Of a DNA stretch of 64,000 nt, positions 27,885-37,159 are shown in pieces. Below the pieces are notes generated by a model that searched no databases, was not told where the DNA came from, and saw nothing but the letters and a program-made list of their open reading frames with translations. Both the position numbers and the translations under genes were made by a program. Origin of the DNA: a virus (Duplodnaviria; Caudoviricetes); the IMG/VR virus record IMGVR_UViG_3300035698_018668, positions 2,180 to 66,179 of that record; one strand, written 5' to 3'. Within the stretch, counting starts at the first letter, position 1; each line of letters begins with the position of its first letter.

Positions 27885-29918
27885 CTATACTGCTATTACA
27901 GACTCTGCGTCCAACTCTTTATGGCTGGCTTGAATCACTTGGCCGATTTGCGGGGTGATTCGGGTGATACAATCCCAAGTGTGCCTGGCTCGGTCATCGT
28001 CCATGGCCGAGTCTATCTCATCGAGGAGCATCAAAGGCAGCACCTTATGCGTCAAGATTCTTCCTAGGGCAATCCTGAGCGTTAGGTTTGCCAAGTCCTT
28101 ACCCGACCCGCTGAGCGTTCTTAACGGTTGGCCGTCGACGTTAACCTCAAAGTCAGATCCAATCTCAACGGCTTGGAACTCCCCTGCAGTCATCTCGGAC
28201 ATTAAGTGTGAAGCCACAATATTCAAGCTCGGTACCAAATGGCTTTGCACTCGAGCTTTAACTTCTTTAATCGCAGCTCTAGCCTTATTGTACTGGTCAG
28301 CTTGGTCTCGCTTAACTTCAAGCTCTGCTTGTTTTTCATCGTACTTGACCTTGGCTTGTTCAAACGCCGCTAACTGCTCAGCGTAGCTCTTTGACGTCCA
28401 AATTTGATTCTGAACAGCAGTAATCGCCTTGTGAAGATTATGGCTGCTATTGTCATAGTCCGCCAAAATCTTATTAATTATCCCTTGGGCTTCATCATAC
28501 TCGGTTTTTGCTTTCTCAAACGCAGCCATGTTTACTTTATAACTATTCAAGTTAGTGTTGTATGCCAACAACTGAGCGTTATATTGCTTTTTAGTCTTAT
28601 CGACACTGGCCCGCCAGTTTGAAAGCTGGTCAAGGTACAAGCTTTTCATTTGAGATTCCCGCTGCAGGAAGGCTTTCAAATTAGACTCATACAGGCTCAC
28701 TTCATTCTGGTGATTGCGAATGAGGTTAATCGTGTCACGCACCACGGCAATGTTGCATTCTTTATATTCAGCTTCAGTCTTTTCAAAATCGGCCGCAATC
28801 TTAACTTGAGCATCTGCGCTGTCCCACTCAGCCACGGTCATTTTGGGCGTAGCTTCACGGAAAGCTTTTTCTTTCTTTAAGCTCTCAATCTCAGCGTTAA
28901 GGTAAAAGTGGTGCCCACACTTCGGGCAATCTACTTCACTAGCATCCTGTAGCTCTTTGATTCTAGTCCAGTGGGTGAACTCGTCCCAGTGACGAGCCAG
29001 CTTATCCCGGTCGTCTTTGTACGAGGCTAATATTTTAGGCACCGTAGTATCAATCTTAGCCTCTAGTTCGAGGTATCGATTCTCTAAAGGCAGTAGAGCG
29101 GATAACTTACCCTGCATGGCAACATCTAAGCCACTAAGCTGCTGACTTGTCGAAGGTAAGCCGTTCGGGGCCTTAGGAGCGACAGGGCGAGCATCTGCCA
29201 CTTTCATCTCAGTCGGCTCGTCGGGATACCCGGGCTCTATTGGGGCTGAAGGTTGGCTTGGCTCTGAGGGGTTTTTCTTACCCGCATAATCAGAATACGC
29301 ATCTAGCAAGCCTTGCAATGCGGTTAAGCGGCCTTCGCACTTAGTTGGATCAAAGTCTAGCTTAGCTGGGCCATTAGGAACAACTAGTACGCTCTGGATG
29401 GCGTCTATTTCAGTTCTCAAGTTCTTGGCTTTTTGAGCCACTCGATTCGATAAGCTGTCCATCTGAGTAAGACCTGCAACGGAATCAATCATCTGCTTTC
29501 TTTCAGTTGGACGCATATCCGCAAGCGCTTGGATATCCCCTTGGGCACACCAGTGAGCAATACGAAATACATTGAAGTCGTAACCTAAGTTTCGAGTCAC
29601 CCAATTATTTACTGGGCTGTTTCCTGAAGCAATCTGCTCACCTTTCAACGACACCGTGGCCCCGCTTTTAGTGCGGTCGATTTCGTAAGTGGTTTCTTTA
29701 ATCCCCACCGTTAAATGGACCTTCATCTTTTTATAGTCCGAAGCCACACCGCGAAGGGCTTTATTCCCAAACAAGGAGAAGGCAATCATCTCAAAATTTA
29801 AGCTCTTACCTTGGCCGTTTTTACCTGTGATAAGCGTAGAGCCCCCCGTAAGGTTAAGGTCTTGGGCCATTTCACGCCCATTTGAAAACGTTAATTTATA
29901 TTTTAATTTGCTAATCAT
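27885..29918 (-). CDS. SbcC/Rad50-like ATPase
   Basis: Walker A GKNGQGKS, Q-loop, CPKC zinc hook, LSGS signature and LLDEID Walker B. Confidence 0.9.
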   Translation of the reverse strand: MISKLKYKLTFSNGREMAQDLNLTGGSTLITGKNGQGKSLNFEMIAFSLFGNKALRGVASDYKKMKVHLTVGIKETTYEIDRTKSGATVSLKGEQIASGNSPVNNWVTRNLGYDFNVFRIAHWCAQGDIQALADMRPTERKQMIDSVAGLTQMDSLSNRVAQKAKNLRTEIDAIQSVLVVPNGPAKLDFDPTKCEGRLTALQGLLDAYSDYAGKKNPSEPSQPSAPIEPGYPDEPTEMKVADARPVAPKAPNGLPSTSQQLSGLDVAMQGKLSALLPLENRYLELEAKIDTTVPKILASYKDDRDKLARHWDEFTHWTRIKELQDASEVDCPKCGHHFYLNAEIESLKKEKAFREATPKMTVAEWDSADAQVKIAADFEKTEAEYKECNIAVVRDTINLIRNHQNEVSLYESNLKAFLQRESQMKSLYLDQLSNWRASVDKTKKQYNAQLLAYNTNLNSYKVNMAAFEKAKTEYDEAQGIINKILADYDNSSHNLHKAITAVQNQIWTSKSYAEQLAAFEQAKVKYDEKQAELEVKRDQADQYNKARAAIKEVKARVQSHLVPSLNIVASHLMSEMTAGEFQAVEIGSDFEVNVDGQPLRTLSGSGKDLANLTLRIALGRILTHKVLPLMLLDEIDSAMDDDRARHTWDCITRITPQIGQVIQASHKELDAESVIAV

Positions 29919-30928
29919 TCTGCGTCCCCTTCTTCAGATGTTAGGAATTCATCCCATAGCTCTTTGGTAGTCACTTCAGTACAGCCATATTCTTTAAAAG
30001 TGTTGTTAAAGATAGAGCCTAAATCAAATGTAGCTAAGTCGACGTCAATATTTGGGGCTTCAATATCTTGGACTCGTTTTACTGCCAAGCTTAAGCAATT
30101 AATTTCCGACAGCGGGGCTTCATCCTTCGTAAGCAATAGTCTCAAATTTTTATCTTTGAAAGCGTCTATATCCTTACTCAGAGCGCTCTTAACGCTAGGT
30201 AGGGACTCAGTGATATATAAGTTGCCTTCAGGGTCCTCAGCGTGATTGTACGGTTGCATCGAGCCAACTACCCATAAAGGCACACCTTCGGTTGTCTTAG
30301 TCACCTGAGGGGTGTGATAGTGGCCTGTGACCACGCCCACGGCCTGAGCCAGAAGCTTGCTAGGTACCAGGTTCTCAGTTGAGGAACTATCTTCACCAAA
30401 GCTGTTAATATCCCAGTGGCCAAAGGCCCAGAAATCCGTAACACTGGAATCTACTTCGCCAGCAATCGCTTCAGCATTTTTAAACGGATGCCACGGGTAG
30501 AACACCAGAGTCACATCTTCAAAAGACATGACCCGGGCAGCATCATCAACAACGGTGATGTTCTTACAAACCGAGACTAGTACCGTGAACACATCAAAAC
30601 TGGACTTTAAGTCTTTTTGACGGGAAGCATCATGGTTGCCTTGAAGAATAATAAACTGTGTTTTCTTGTGTCGATTAGCGGCGGCAATGTATGTTTTTGC
30701 TGCGAACAAGATATCCTCTTCTGGTACCCGAAACGCATTGAACAAATCCCCGACGCAGACGTGCACCTTTATCTCAGCACTGAGGTTAAGATTACTCTTG
30801 AAGTCTTTACGCACCGTCGTCTCTCTTTCACCTAAGCGGTTAAGAGGTACGCCCGTCTTGAATTTCTTTGCTAAGTGGGGGTCGCCTAAGACCTGAATAA
30901 AATCAGGTAGGTTAATTTGGTTTTTCAT
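29915..30928 (-). CDS. SbcD/Mre11-like metallophosphoesterase nuclease
   Basis: DPH, GDLF, GNHD and GHYH motifs. Coupled to the SbcC-like gene. Confidence 0.9.
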   Translation of the reverse strand: MKNQINLPDFIQVLGDPHLAKKFKTGVPLNRLGERETTVRKDFKSNLNLSAEIKVHVCVGDLFNAFRVPEEDILFAAKTYIAAANRHKKTQFIILQGNHDASRQKDLKSSFDVFTVLVSVCKNITVVDDAARVMSFEDVTLVFYPWHPFKNAEAIAGEVDSSVTDFWAFGHWDINSFGEDSSSTENLVPSKLLAQAVGVVTGHYHTPQVTKTTEGVPLWVVGSMQPYNHAEDPEGNLYITESLPSVKSALSKDIDAFKDKNLRLLLTKDEAPLSEINCLSLAVKRVQDIEAPNIDVDLATFDLGSIFNNTFKEYGCTEVTTKELWDEFLTSEEGDAE

Positions 30929-30952
30929 GTCGTCAATTCCTGAGTGATGGTT

Positions 30953-31420
30953 TTATGTAAAATCGTTTTTTACGCGGTAGGGTTTAAGCTCTTGATGGTT
31001 CATCGAGCGTTTCTTTTTATCTTGTTCTAAGATTTTCCTAAAGGGAACCATATACCATTCATCGATTTCCATTAGGTGAATACAAACTAAATACATGCCA
31101 CCATTTATGGTGGTCTTAGTAGCCGCTTTCCACTGCGAAGCCTGAAGGGTAGAGAAAGCAAAATTGGTTCTGTTTTTTACACTTTTAATTTCAGCATAAA
31201 AGGTTATCTTGGAAAAAGTGACTAGAAAGTCTGAAGGTTTTTCTTGTACCGCGAGGCGGTCTTTTTGGGGATTTCCTCCGGCTCGAACCTTTACCCCACG
31301 TAAACTCTTTTTGAAGTTAACATCGGCATAGTCTTCGAAACGGTAAACCATGGCTTGCTTTGCTTTGAAGGCATCTTCAAAAATTTTCTCTGAAGGCTTA
31401 CCTGTATTTCGTAGTGTCAT
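30953..31420 (-). CDS. Holliday junction resolvase (RecU-like PD-(D/E)xK)
   Basis: G..SE, PSDFLV, AEIKS and ASQW motifs. Confidence 0.7.
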   Translation of the reverse strand: MTLRNTGKPSEKIFEDAFKAKQAMVYRFEDYADVNFKKSLRGVKVRAGGNPQKDRLAVQEKPSDFLVTFSKITFYAEIKSVKNRTNFAFSTLQASQWKAATKTTINGGMYLVCIHLMEIDEWYMVPFRKILEQDKKKRSMNHQELKPYRVKNDFT

Positions 31421-31463
31421 CGTCAATTCCATATTGTAGGTCGTATTTTGTACCTGCTAAAGT

Positions 31464-31988
31464 TTACCGTTTTTTCCCAGAATTTCCAGTATTTACAATA
31501 ATTCTTTTCTGGACCCCTCCACGCCTACTGAGTCTCTTAGCAGCCATATACTCTGGGTGTCTTAAAACCAAAGTCTCTTGCGCTTTTGAAGACTCCGTTG
31601 CAGAGACAATACCGTCAGGGCGTCCCCACAAATTCCAACGTTTGGTATTCGCTTTCATGTTGCTTAAATACTTAATGCTATTCACATGATACCCAATGGC
31701 GCGATATAGCTCTTTTGAACTCATCGCCTTAGGGGATATGATTCCCCGGATTTGTTGGTATATGTTTTTACTTAAGGGCTTTCTAAGAGAAAGCTTGTAA
31801 TGGTTGGTCCTACAAGTAAAGACGACAAAAAACCAAGCGGATCTTTCATCGTCAAACTCAAGTCTTTTGGAATTAAATTTTTGATTTACACCCGCAAGAG
31901 CCACAATATCCAGCCCCTTGTTATCTTTTTTGAACATCGACTTAACCCCAGCAATTAAAGTAATTATTACTCTAAAGAATACTATCAT
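31464..31988 (-). CDS. hypothetical basic protein
   Basis: ORF fills the gap in the operon. Start position uncertain. Confidence 0.5.
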   Translation of the reverse strand: MIVFFRVIITLIAGVKSMFKKDNKGLDIVALAGVNQKFNSKRLEFDDERSAWFFVVFTCRTNHYKLSLRKPLSKNIYQQIRGIISPKAMSSKELYRAIGYHVNSIKYLSNMKANTKRWNLWGRPDGIVSATESSKAQETLVLRHPEYMAAKRLSRRGGVQKRIIVNTGNSGKKR

Positions 31989-32013
31989 ATCGTTAAGGGC
32001 TTGACACGGTTAA

Positions 32014-35000
32014 TCAAGCTGATATTTGTAAATCTGTCTTAAATCTTTCGTTTAGTTTTTCGACAAAGGCTAGTTTCAACTCCTCGGGCAACGCTTGGAT
32101 ATACTGATATAGGAACGACCTTTCAGTAGACCCGCTTAGCTGAGCGTAGTAATAGGACTCCACTACTTGCGGCAGCTCCTCAACGTCCTTAAAGAAAACA
32201 CTCTTCGAAGTCTTCAAGGCTCTCAAACAGTCCTCAGTCAAGAGCCGAACACGCCACTCGTTCAAGGTGTACCAAGTTTCGCCCTCAGTTCTATGTCTTG
32301 TTAACTTCAACCCAAGAGAACTAAGCACACGTGAAACAAAGCTAAGCTTATCTTTTTCTTCCTTGGTTGAAGGAAGAGCCATGCCATGCAGTATTTTTAA
32401 TTCATGCTCACACATCCCAAGGTACTTATAAGCTTTCAACCGGTCTTTGTTCGTTAAGCTTCGGCCATCATAAGTAGGCACCCCGTTTAAGAACTTCAAC
32501 CCAAACAATTCTAAAAATCCGGTTAGTACATCATAAAGCTCATGGAACGCGGTCTTCTCAATATCGGCCCGTTTATCGTTAACTCGGTTTATAATATCCA
32601 AGTAAACTAAATGCTTCCTATCTGCGGACAGCATCAGGAACTTTCTACGCGCCCCTATGGCTTGATTAGACAGGATGATTACCGAATTTAATTGTTCACA
32701 ATCTTCTTCAAACCCAAAGAAATTAGCTTGTCTTTTTTTAAACAGCTCACGTTTTTCATCTGGGCTGTGGACTTGCTCTTTTTCCAACTCTCCGTGGCGC
32801 TCATCATCAATCAAGGGGGTTTCTATTAAGCGGTCTTTCTCTATTTCCTTAATTGTTTCGTTGAGCAACTTCATATCTTTGTTGAATTCAGCCCCAGCAC
32901 CTTCGTCAATCAAGTAATTATTCGATAACTCGTAACCTTCAGCTTTCAATTGAGCGATGATATTTGTTAAGAACTCATTCTTCTGGATATTCTCCATGGA
33001 CGTGAGGTGTGTGTACCAATTACCCCAACCATAATCGTTGTAGCTAAAAGCCTGAGTAGCAATATCGAATTCAATAACTTCGGTTATGCGTACCTTTGCG
33101 TCGAGTATTTTCTTCTTGCCGTTCACCTCGTCCATAAAGATTTCAGTTAGGTCGGTCGGGCGTTTTCCGGAATGATCTAAAACAACCATGTGGAAATCCT
33201 GGCAACCTCGAACTCGAGCCATATGCTGAGAACAATCCGTAGGCAAGTTGTTAGCTCTTTTCGTAAAATAACCAAACGTATGCTTAAACAGAGGTTTACC
33301 CTCAACCATATTAATTGAGTGCCCCGTCCCCATCGAGGGTGAGGACAAGAATATATCACTCGGCCTGAGCTGGTTGTTCAAGTCCTTGATAAATTCTTGG
33401 GTCTCTTCCAACTGCGAGTTGTTACTTGTGATCGTAATTACTCGGCGACCGGAAACTTCAGTAATGAAATGCTCGGGCTCTATAAGCGGGTCTCCCCCTA
33501 AACAATTAATCAGCAAGCTGGCCTTTTTAATTACGTCCGCTTTTGAATTCGACGCATAGAAAACGCCTTCTTGGTCTTTAATAGAAACATTCACCAATTC
33601 ATTCATGAACGAATTTTGGTCCGGCTTACCACCCTCAAACTGATAGCTTTTTATATTTCTCCCTTGCTCTTTTGCGGGGCGATATAAATTTTCGATAACG
33701 TTAATCGGGGTCTTTTCAGACAGGATGCCAAAATCTTTATTAGTAATCAGCTTCACATACTCTTCGTTTAAATCGGCATCCATACAAATAATGTACTTAG
33801 CCCGGCTTAGAATCTCTCTAAGCACTTTTAAACATGCCGCTGGTCTATCAACCGTGTTGGCTTTTAAAGCCCGTAGCATCTGCGTCACTTCATCAAACAC
33901 AACCACATCGTAGTTGTTCCCCTGTAGCTTATAGATTGAGTTAAGGCAAATGCCTAACTTGGGGGCAATTCTTAAGCTACGTCCTTCTTTAAAGCTCACA
34001 TCGTTGTAATCTTCACAGCCGAACACTTTAGACAACGAGCCCACCAATGAAACCAAGTGAGCACAAGCAAGTACTCGGGTCCCCTTTGGCAAGTGCTTAA
34101 CTACGTTAGCTACCCCGAAGGTTTTTCCTGTGCCTTTATCCGATTTTATGTACGTCACACCTGGACGCAAATCCACGTTAGAAAGATACTGCTGGTCTAC
34201 AATAATAGGTACTTGCGCAAGGTGGCCAATCGTTGTGTTCTCAGCGTGTTTCTTGGCAGTGTAAACCGCAATCGCTTTACGTAGTTCAAAAGTTCGACCC
34301 CCTTCAATAAAGGAATGAATAATCGGGTGGAAGTCATTCCCTTTGCTTCGGTTTGCATAGAACTTCGCTTTTGAATAACCTTTGTCGGGTCTCAAGGGAT
34401 CGGCCAATGAAGCTTGGTCAAACTGGTCTGCATTAATAAATGCCTCAAATACCGTGACTTCTCTGCCGTCTTCAAACTCCAACATATCGTCAGGGTGAAT
34501 AATTAATTGCTCCCGATTGATAGCAATTTCTTCAGCCTGAGCCCAAGATAATTTCTTACCCGTTAAGTGCGCTTGGTTAACTAACCTAGACGTTGTTTTG
34601 TGTCTTAGGTCTACAACCTTTTCCTGAATTGCGTTTGTGTTCTTGGCTTGAGCGACTATCTGTCGGACTTGCTTTTGTTCTGGGGGGGTTAAACTTTTTA
34701 CTTTCTGGGTATTTAAAACGGTATGCTGTTTTAAAGTATATTCGGCCTTCGGAAGGTCTTGATAGAAGTCTTCCTTCTCCTCGATATAAGCCCCAGCCTC
34801 AAAACACAATCTTTCGTTCTGATATACCGAGGTATCTAACGGTACGCGTGCTAATTTTGAACCACTGCTAGAAATCTTAATATAACCTAAACCAGCAAGC
34901 CAGCAGCGACCCTCTAAGGCTTCCGCCATTCTTGAAACATCGCTGCCTTTGTTGACCTCCATGTAAATATGGAACCCATTTGCGGGCACAATACATTCGT

Positions 35001-35526
35001 TATCTTCTTTGTTATACAAGCCTCGGCTCGTTGAATATGTCCTTACATAACTGGTTTTATTCAGTTCTAGCTCTGGACAGGCCTTACCCAAGTAGCTTAA
35101 AAATTCTTCAGGGCACTCAATTTTGTGCGGCTCGTCTGGGTCAGGGTCGTAATCAAAAATAATAAACGAACTGGCGCTTGAAATCATCGACTTTGAACTT
35201 CGGGTACCATAAAGGCCCGTCTCGTCTCGATGAATAGGGTAGTCATATTTTCTAGCTTCAAACTCCGTCACCGATAATATTTGAATCTCTTCATCCAAAC
35301 CAATCTCAAAACTACCAAGGGCAAAACACTCATTGATTGTTAGGGAGGTGATGAAGTCGGGGAGGTTTTCTAAGGTGGTTAAAACCGTTCGAGCCACCCC
35401 GGAGTACATCTTCGGGGCGTCGGATTTTATCTTTCCGTGCTCTTTAAATAACGTTTTCGTAAGTACGCCTTTTGTATTTTTAAATACAGTCAACGCAATG
35501 GTGTTGCTCTTCGGTTGCTTGCTCAT
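32014..35526 (-). CDS. primase-helicase / origin-binding replication protein (primase-like N-terminus plus SF2 helicase)
   Basis: N-terminal FDYD and GFHIY. Helicase motifs SDKGTGKT, VVFDE, MDA, SPSMGTG and QHMARVR. Confidence 0.7.
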   Translation of the reverse strand: MSKQPKSNTIALTVFKNTKGVLTKTLFKEHGKIKSDAPKMYSGVARTVLTTLENLPDFITSLTINECFALGSFEIGLDEEIQILSVTEFEARKYDYPIHRDETGLYGTRSSKSMISSASSFIIFDYDPDPDEPHKIECPEEFLSYLGKACPELELNKTSYVRTYSTSRGLYNKEDNECIVPANGFHIYMEVNKGSDVSRMAEALEGRCWLAGLGYIKISSSGSKLARVPLDTSVYQNERLCFEAGAYIEEKEDFYQDLPKAEYTLKQHTVLNTQKVKSLTPPEQKQVRQIVAQAKNTNAIQEKVVDLRHKTTSRLVNQAHLTGKKLSWAQAEEIAINREQLIIHPDDMLEFEDGREVTVFEAFINADQFDQASLADPLRPDKGYSKAKFYANRSKGNDFHPIIHSFIEGGRTFELRKAIAVYTAKKHAENTTIGHLAQVPIIVDQQYLSNVDLRPGVTYIKSDKGTGKTFGVANVVKHLPKGTRVLACAHLVSLVGSLSKVFGCEDYNDVSFKEGRSLRIAPKLGICLNSIYKLQGNNYDVVVFDEVTQMLRALKANTVDRPAACLKVLREILSRAKYIICMDADLNEEYVKLITNKDFGILSEKTPINVIENLYRPAKEQGRNIKSYQFEGGKPDQNSFMNELVNVSIKDQEGVFYASNSKADVIKKASLLINCLGGDPLIEPEHFITEVSGRRVITITSNNSQLEETQEFIKDLNNQLRPSDIFLSSPSMGTGHSINMVEGKPLFKHTFGYFTKRANNLPTDCSQHMARVRGCQDFHMVVLDHSGKRPTDLTEIFMDEVNGKKKILDAKVRITEVIEFDIATQAFSYNDYGWGNWYTHLTSMENIQKNEFLTNIIAQLKAEGYELSNNYLIDEGAGAEFNKDMKLLNETIKEIEKDRLIETPLIDDERHGELEKEQVHSPDEKRELFKKRQANFFGFEEDCEQLNSVIILSNQAIGARRKFLMLSADRKHLVYLDIINRVNDKRADIEKTAFHELYDVLTGFLELFGLKFLNGVPTYDGRSLTNKDRLKAYKYLGMCEHELKILHGMALPSTKEEKDKLSFVSRVLSSLGLKLTRHRTEGETWYTLNEWRVRLLTEDCLRALKTSKSVFFKDVEELPQVVESYYYAQLSGSTERSFLYQYIQALPEELKLAFVEKLNERFKTDLQISA

Positions 35527-35571
35527 CGTCATACCCAAATTGTAGGGGGCGCTCTCACACCCCAAGTAACA

Positions 35572-36159
35572 CTATAAACCCGTTAAATCTGCCTCAGTGT
35601 AATCGATACTCTTGAGGACTTTACCCACGGGATGCGACTTGCCATTTATATCCGTGGAGGCTTCTTTAACCTTAACCCTAAACTGCTTCTGGGCCCCAAA
35701 GTCTACCGCTTCAGAGCCAACGTTAACCCCTAAGTCTTGGTAGAACTTTAGGGAGGCGTTAATATTCTCAGCAGTACAGATTTTTGAAAGATTGCTCGCG
35801 TGTACAATATCCCAAGCTTGCAGAAAATCAAACCCCAAGGCATCTGCAGCTCTTAAATTGGACTCTAAAATTTGGTCAAAAAAAGCATTGTTTTGAGCGC
35901 TTTTTGCTTGGCTTGGAACCATCTCTACGATGTGACCCATAAGCACATAAACAGTATCAACAATGCCGTCTATTTTAAGCACTCGGCTCTCGGCTAAAGC
36001 AAGCTCAATGAACTCTTCGCAATACAGTTCCAAGTGTAACCCCTTGGTATCCCAGTGTGTCCCGGTTTGAACTGGCAACCCGAATAACCGTCTGAACTCA
36101 CAAATGTCTTTATACAGCGTTATAAATATTTCTTCGGTTAACTTCATCTTAGTTGTCAT
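35572..36159 (-). CDS. MazG-like NTP pyrophosphohydrolase
   Basis: EEFIEL..DGIVDTVYV..VHASNLSK..GKVLKS. Confidence 0.8.
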   Translation of the reverse strand: MTTKMKLTEEIFITLYKDICEFRRLFGLPVQTGTHWDTKGLHLELYCEEFIELALAESRVLKIDGIVDTVYVLMGHIVEMVPSQAKSAQNNAFFDQILESNLRAADALGFDFLQAWDIVHASNLSKICTAENINASLKFYQDLGVNVGSEAVDFGAQKQFRVKVKEASTDINGKSHPVGKVLKSIDYTEADLTGL

Positions 36160-36169
36160 CGTCAATTCC

Positions 36170-36388
36170 TTAAAGTGGTGAGCCGTTATTCAAGGCCTCA
36201 ATATTATCTTCTCGGGCCCTGCTAGGACCCGAGTGTTCTCCTGTAGCTTGCTCCCAAGCTAAGCGGGCCTCTTCAGCCTCTATCCTTTGATTCTCGGCTT
36301 CAATTTTGTAGTCTCTTACAGCTTTAACAATGCCGAGGATAAACACCGGCACAGAAAGCCAAACTACAATAAGGTAAAGGGTATCCAT
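36170..36388 (-). CDS. small membrane protein
   Basis: N-terminal TM helix followed by a charged tail. Confidence 0.55.
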   Translation of the reverse strand: MDTLYLIVVWLSVPVFILGIVKAVRDYKIEAENQRIEAEEARLAWEQATGEHSGPSRAREDNIEALNNGSPL

Positions 36389-36969
36389 CAGGTGGCCTCG
36401 CTAAGTATCTTCAACACCATTCTACGGGTTAAATCTACGTCAGCTTTAGCCCTGTGCAGTTTCCCCTCAGGGTGAACCCCCTCAAGGGCAGCCGCCTCAA
36501 TAAGCTTGAACCATTTGTTTTGTTTTCTCATGAAATCAAAAATCTTGGCTCGCTTACTATATTCCGTCATGGCGCAAAAATAATCATCATACCCAAACTT
36601 TGGGTCTACAACATCGCCAAGGGCGTTTGAACTTTGGATCATTAAGTTAATGTCGAACTTTGCATTGTAAGCAACCGCAACATTGCCGTTCGAAATGTGT
36701 TGAATCTGCTCAGCTACATCTCTCCAGCTTGGGGCGTCCTTAACCTCAGCCTCACTAATCCCGTGGACGTTGAAAGCGCCTTCAGTAATCGGCCCCATCG
36801 GTTTTACTAGCGTGTCGACTAGCACGGTTCCGTCTCTATCCATCACGCAGATTTCACATATTTCTGCGGATGGACCTAGTCCGGTGGTTTCTGTATCAAA
36901 TACATGAAACGGTCTATTAATTAAATAATCGAATGGTTGTGGCATTCTAAGTACCCTCGCTGTCTTCAT
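36388..36969 (-). CDS. DEDDh 3'-5' exonuclease (DnaQ-like)
   Basis: FDTETTGL, YNAKFD and HRAKAD motifs. Confidence 0.9.
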   Translation of the reverse strand: MKTARVLRMPQPFDYLINRPFHVFDTETTGLGPSAEICEICVMDRDGTVLVDTLVKPMGPITEGAFNVHGISEAEVKDAPSWRDVAEQIQHISNGNVAVAYNAKFDINLMIQSSNALGDVVDPKFGYDDYFCAMTEYSKRAKIFDFMRKQNKWFKLIEAAALEGVHPEGKLHRAKADVDLTRRMVLKILSEAT

Positions 36970-37159
36970 TGTTCTTCCCCAATAGTTCGTGGTGAGGTTC
37001 TACCTCAGAAAGCGCCAATTCCAACAATTTGTTCTTTAAGATTATAGCTTGAATTTGTTCAATTAATATTCTTTTATCACATAAACTGCCACAGCACTCT
37101 TCCACTTCGGGGGCCATTTGCTTTAAAATAAAGGGAAACTGTTCTTTAGACACCTTCAA
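36947..37159 (-). CDS. hypothetical protein
   Basis: Short ORF overlapping both neighbours in the operon. Confidence 0.5.
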   Translation of the reverse strand: MKVSKEQFPFILKQMAPEVEECCGSLCDKRILIEQIQAIILKNKLLELALSEVEPHHELLGKNNEDSEGT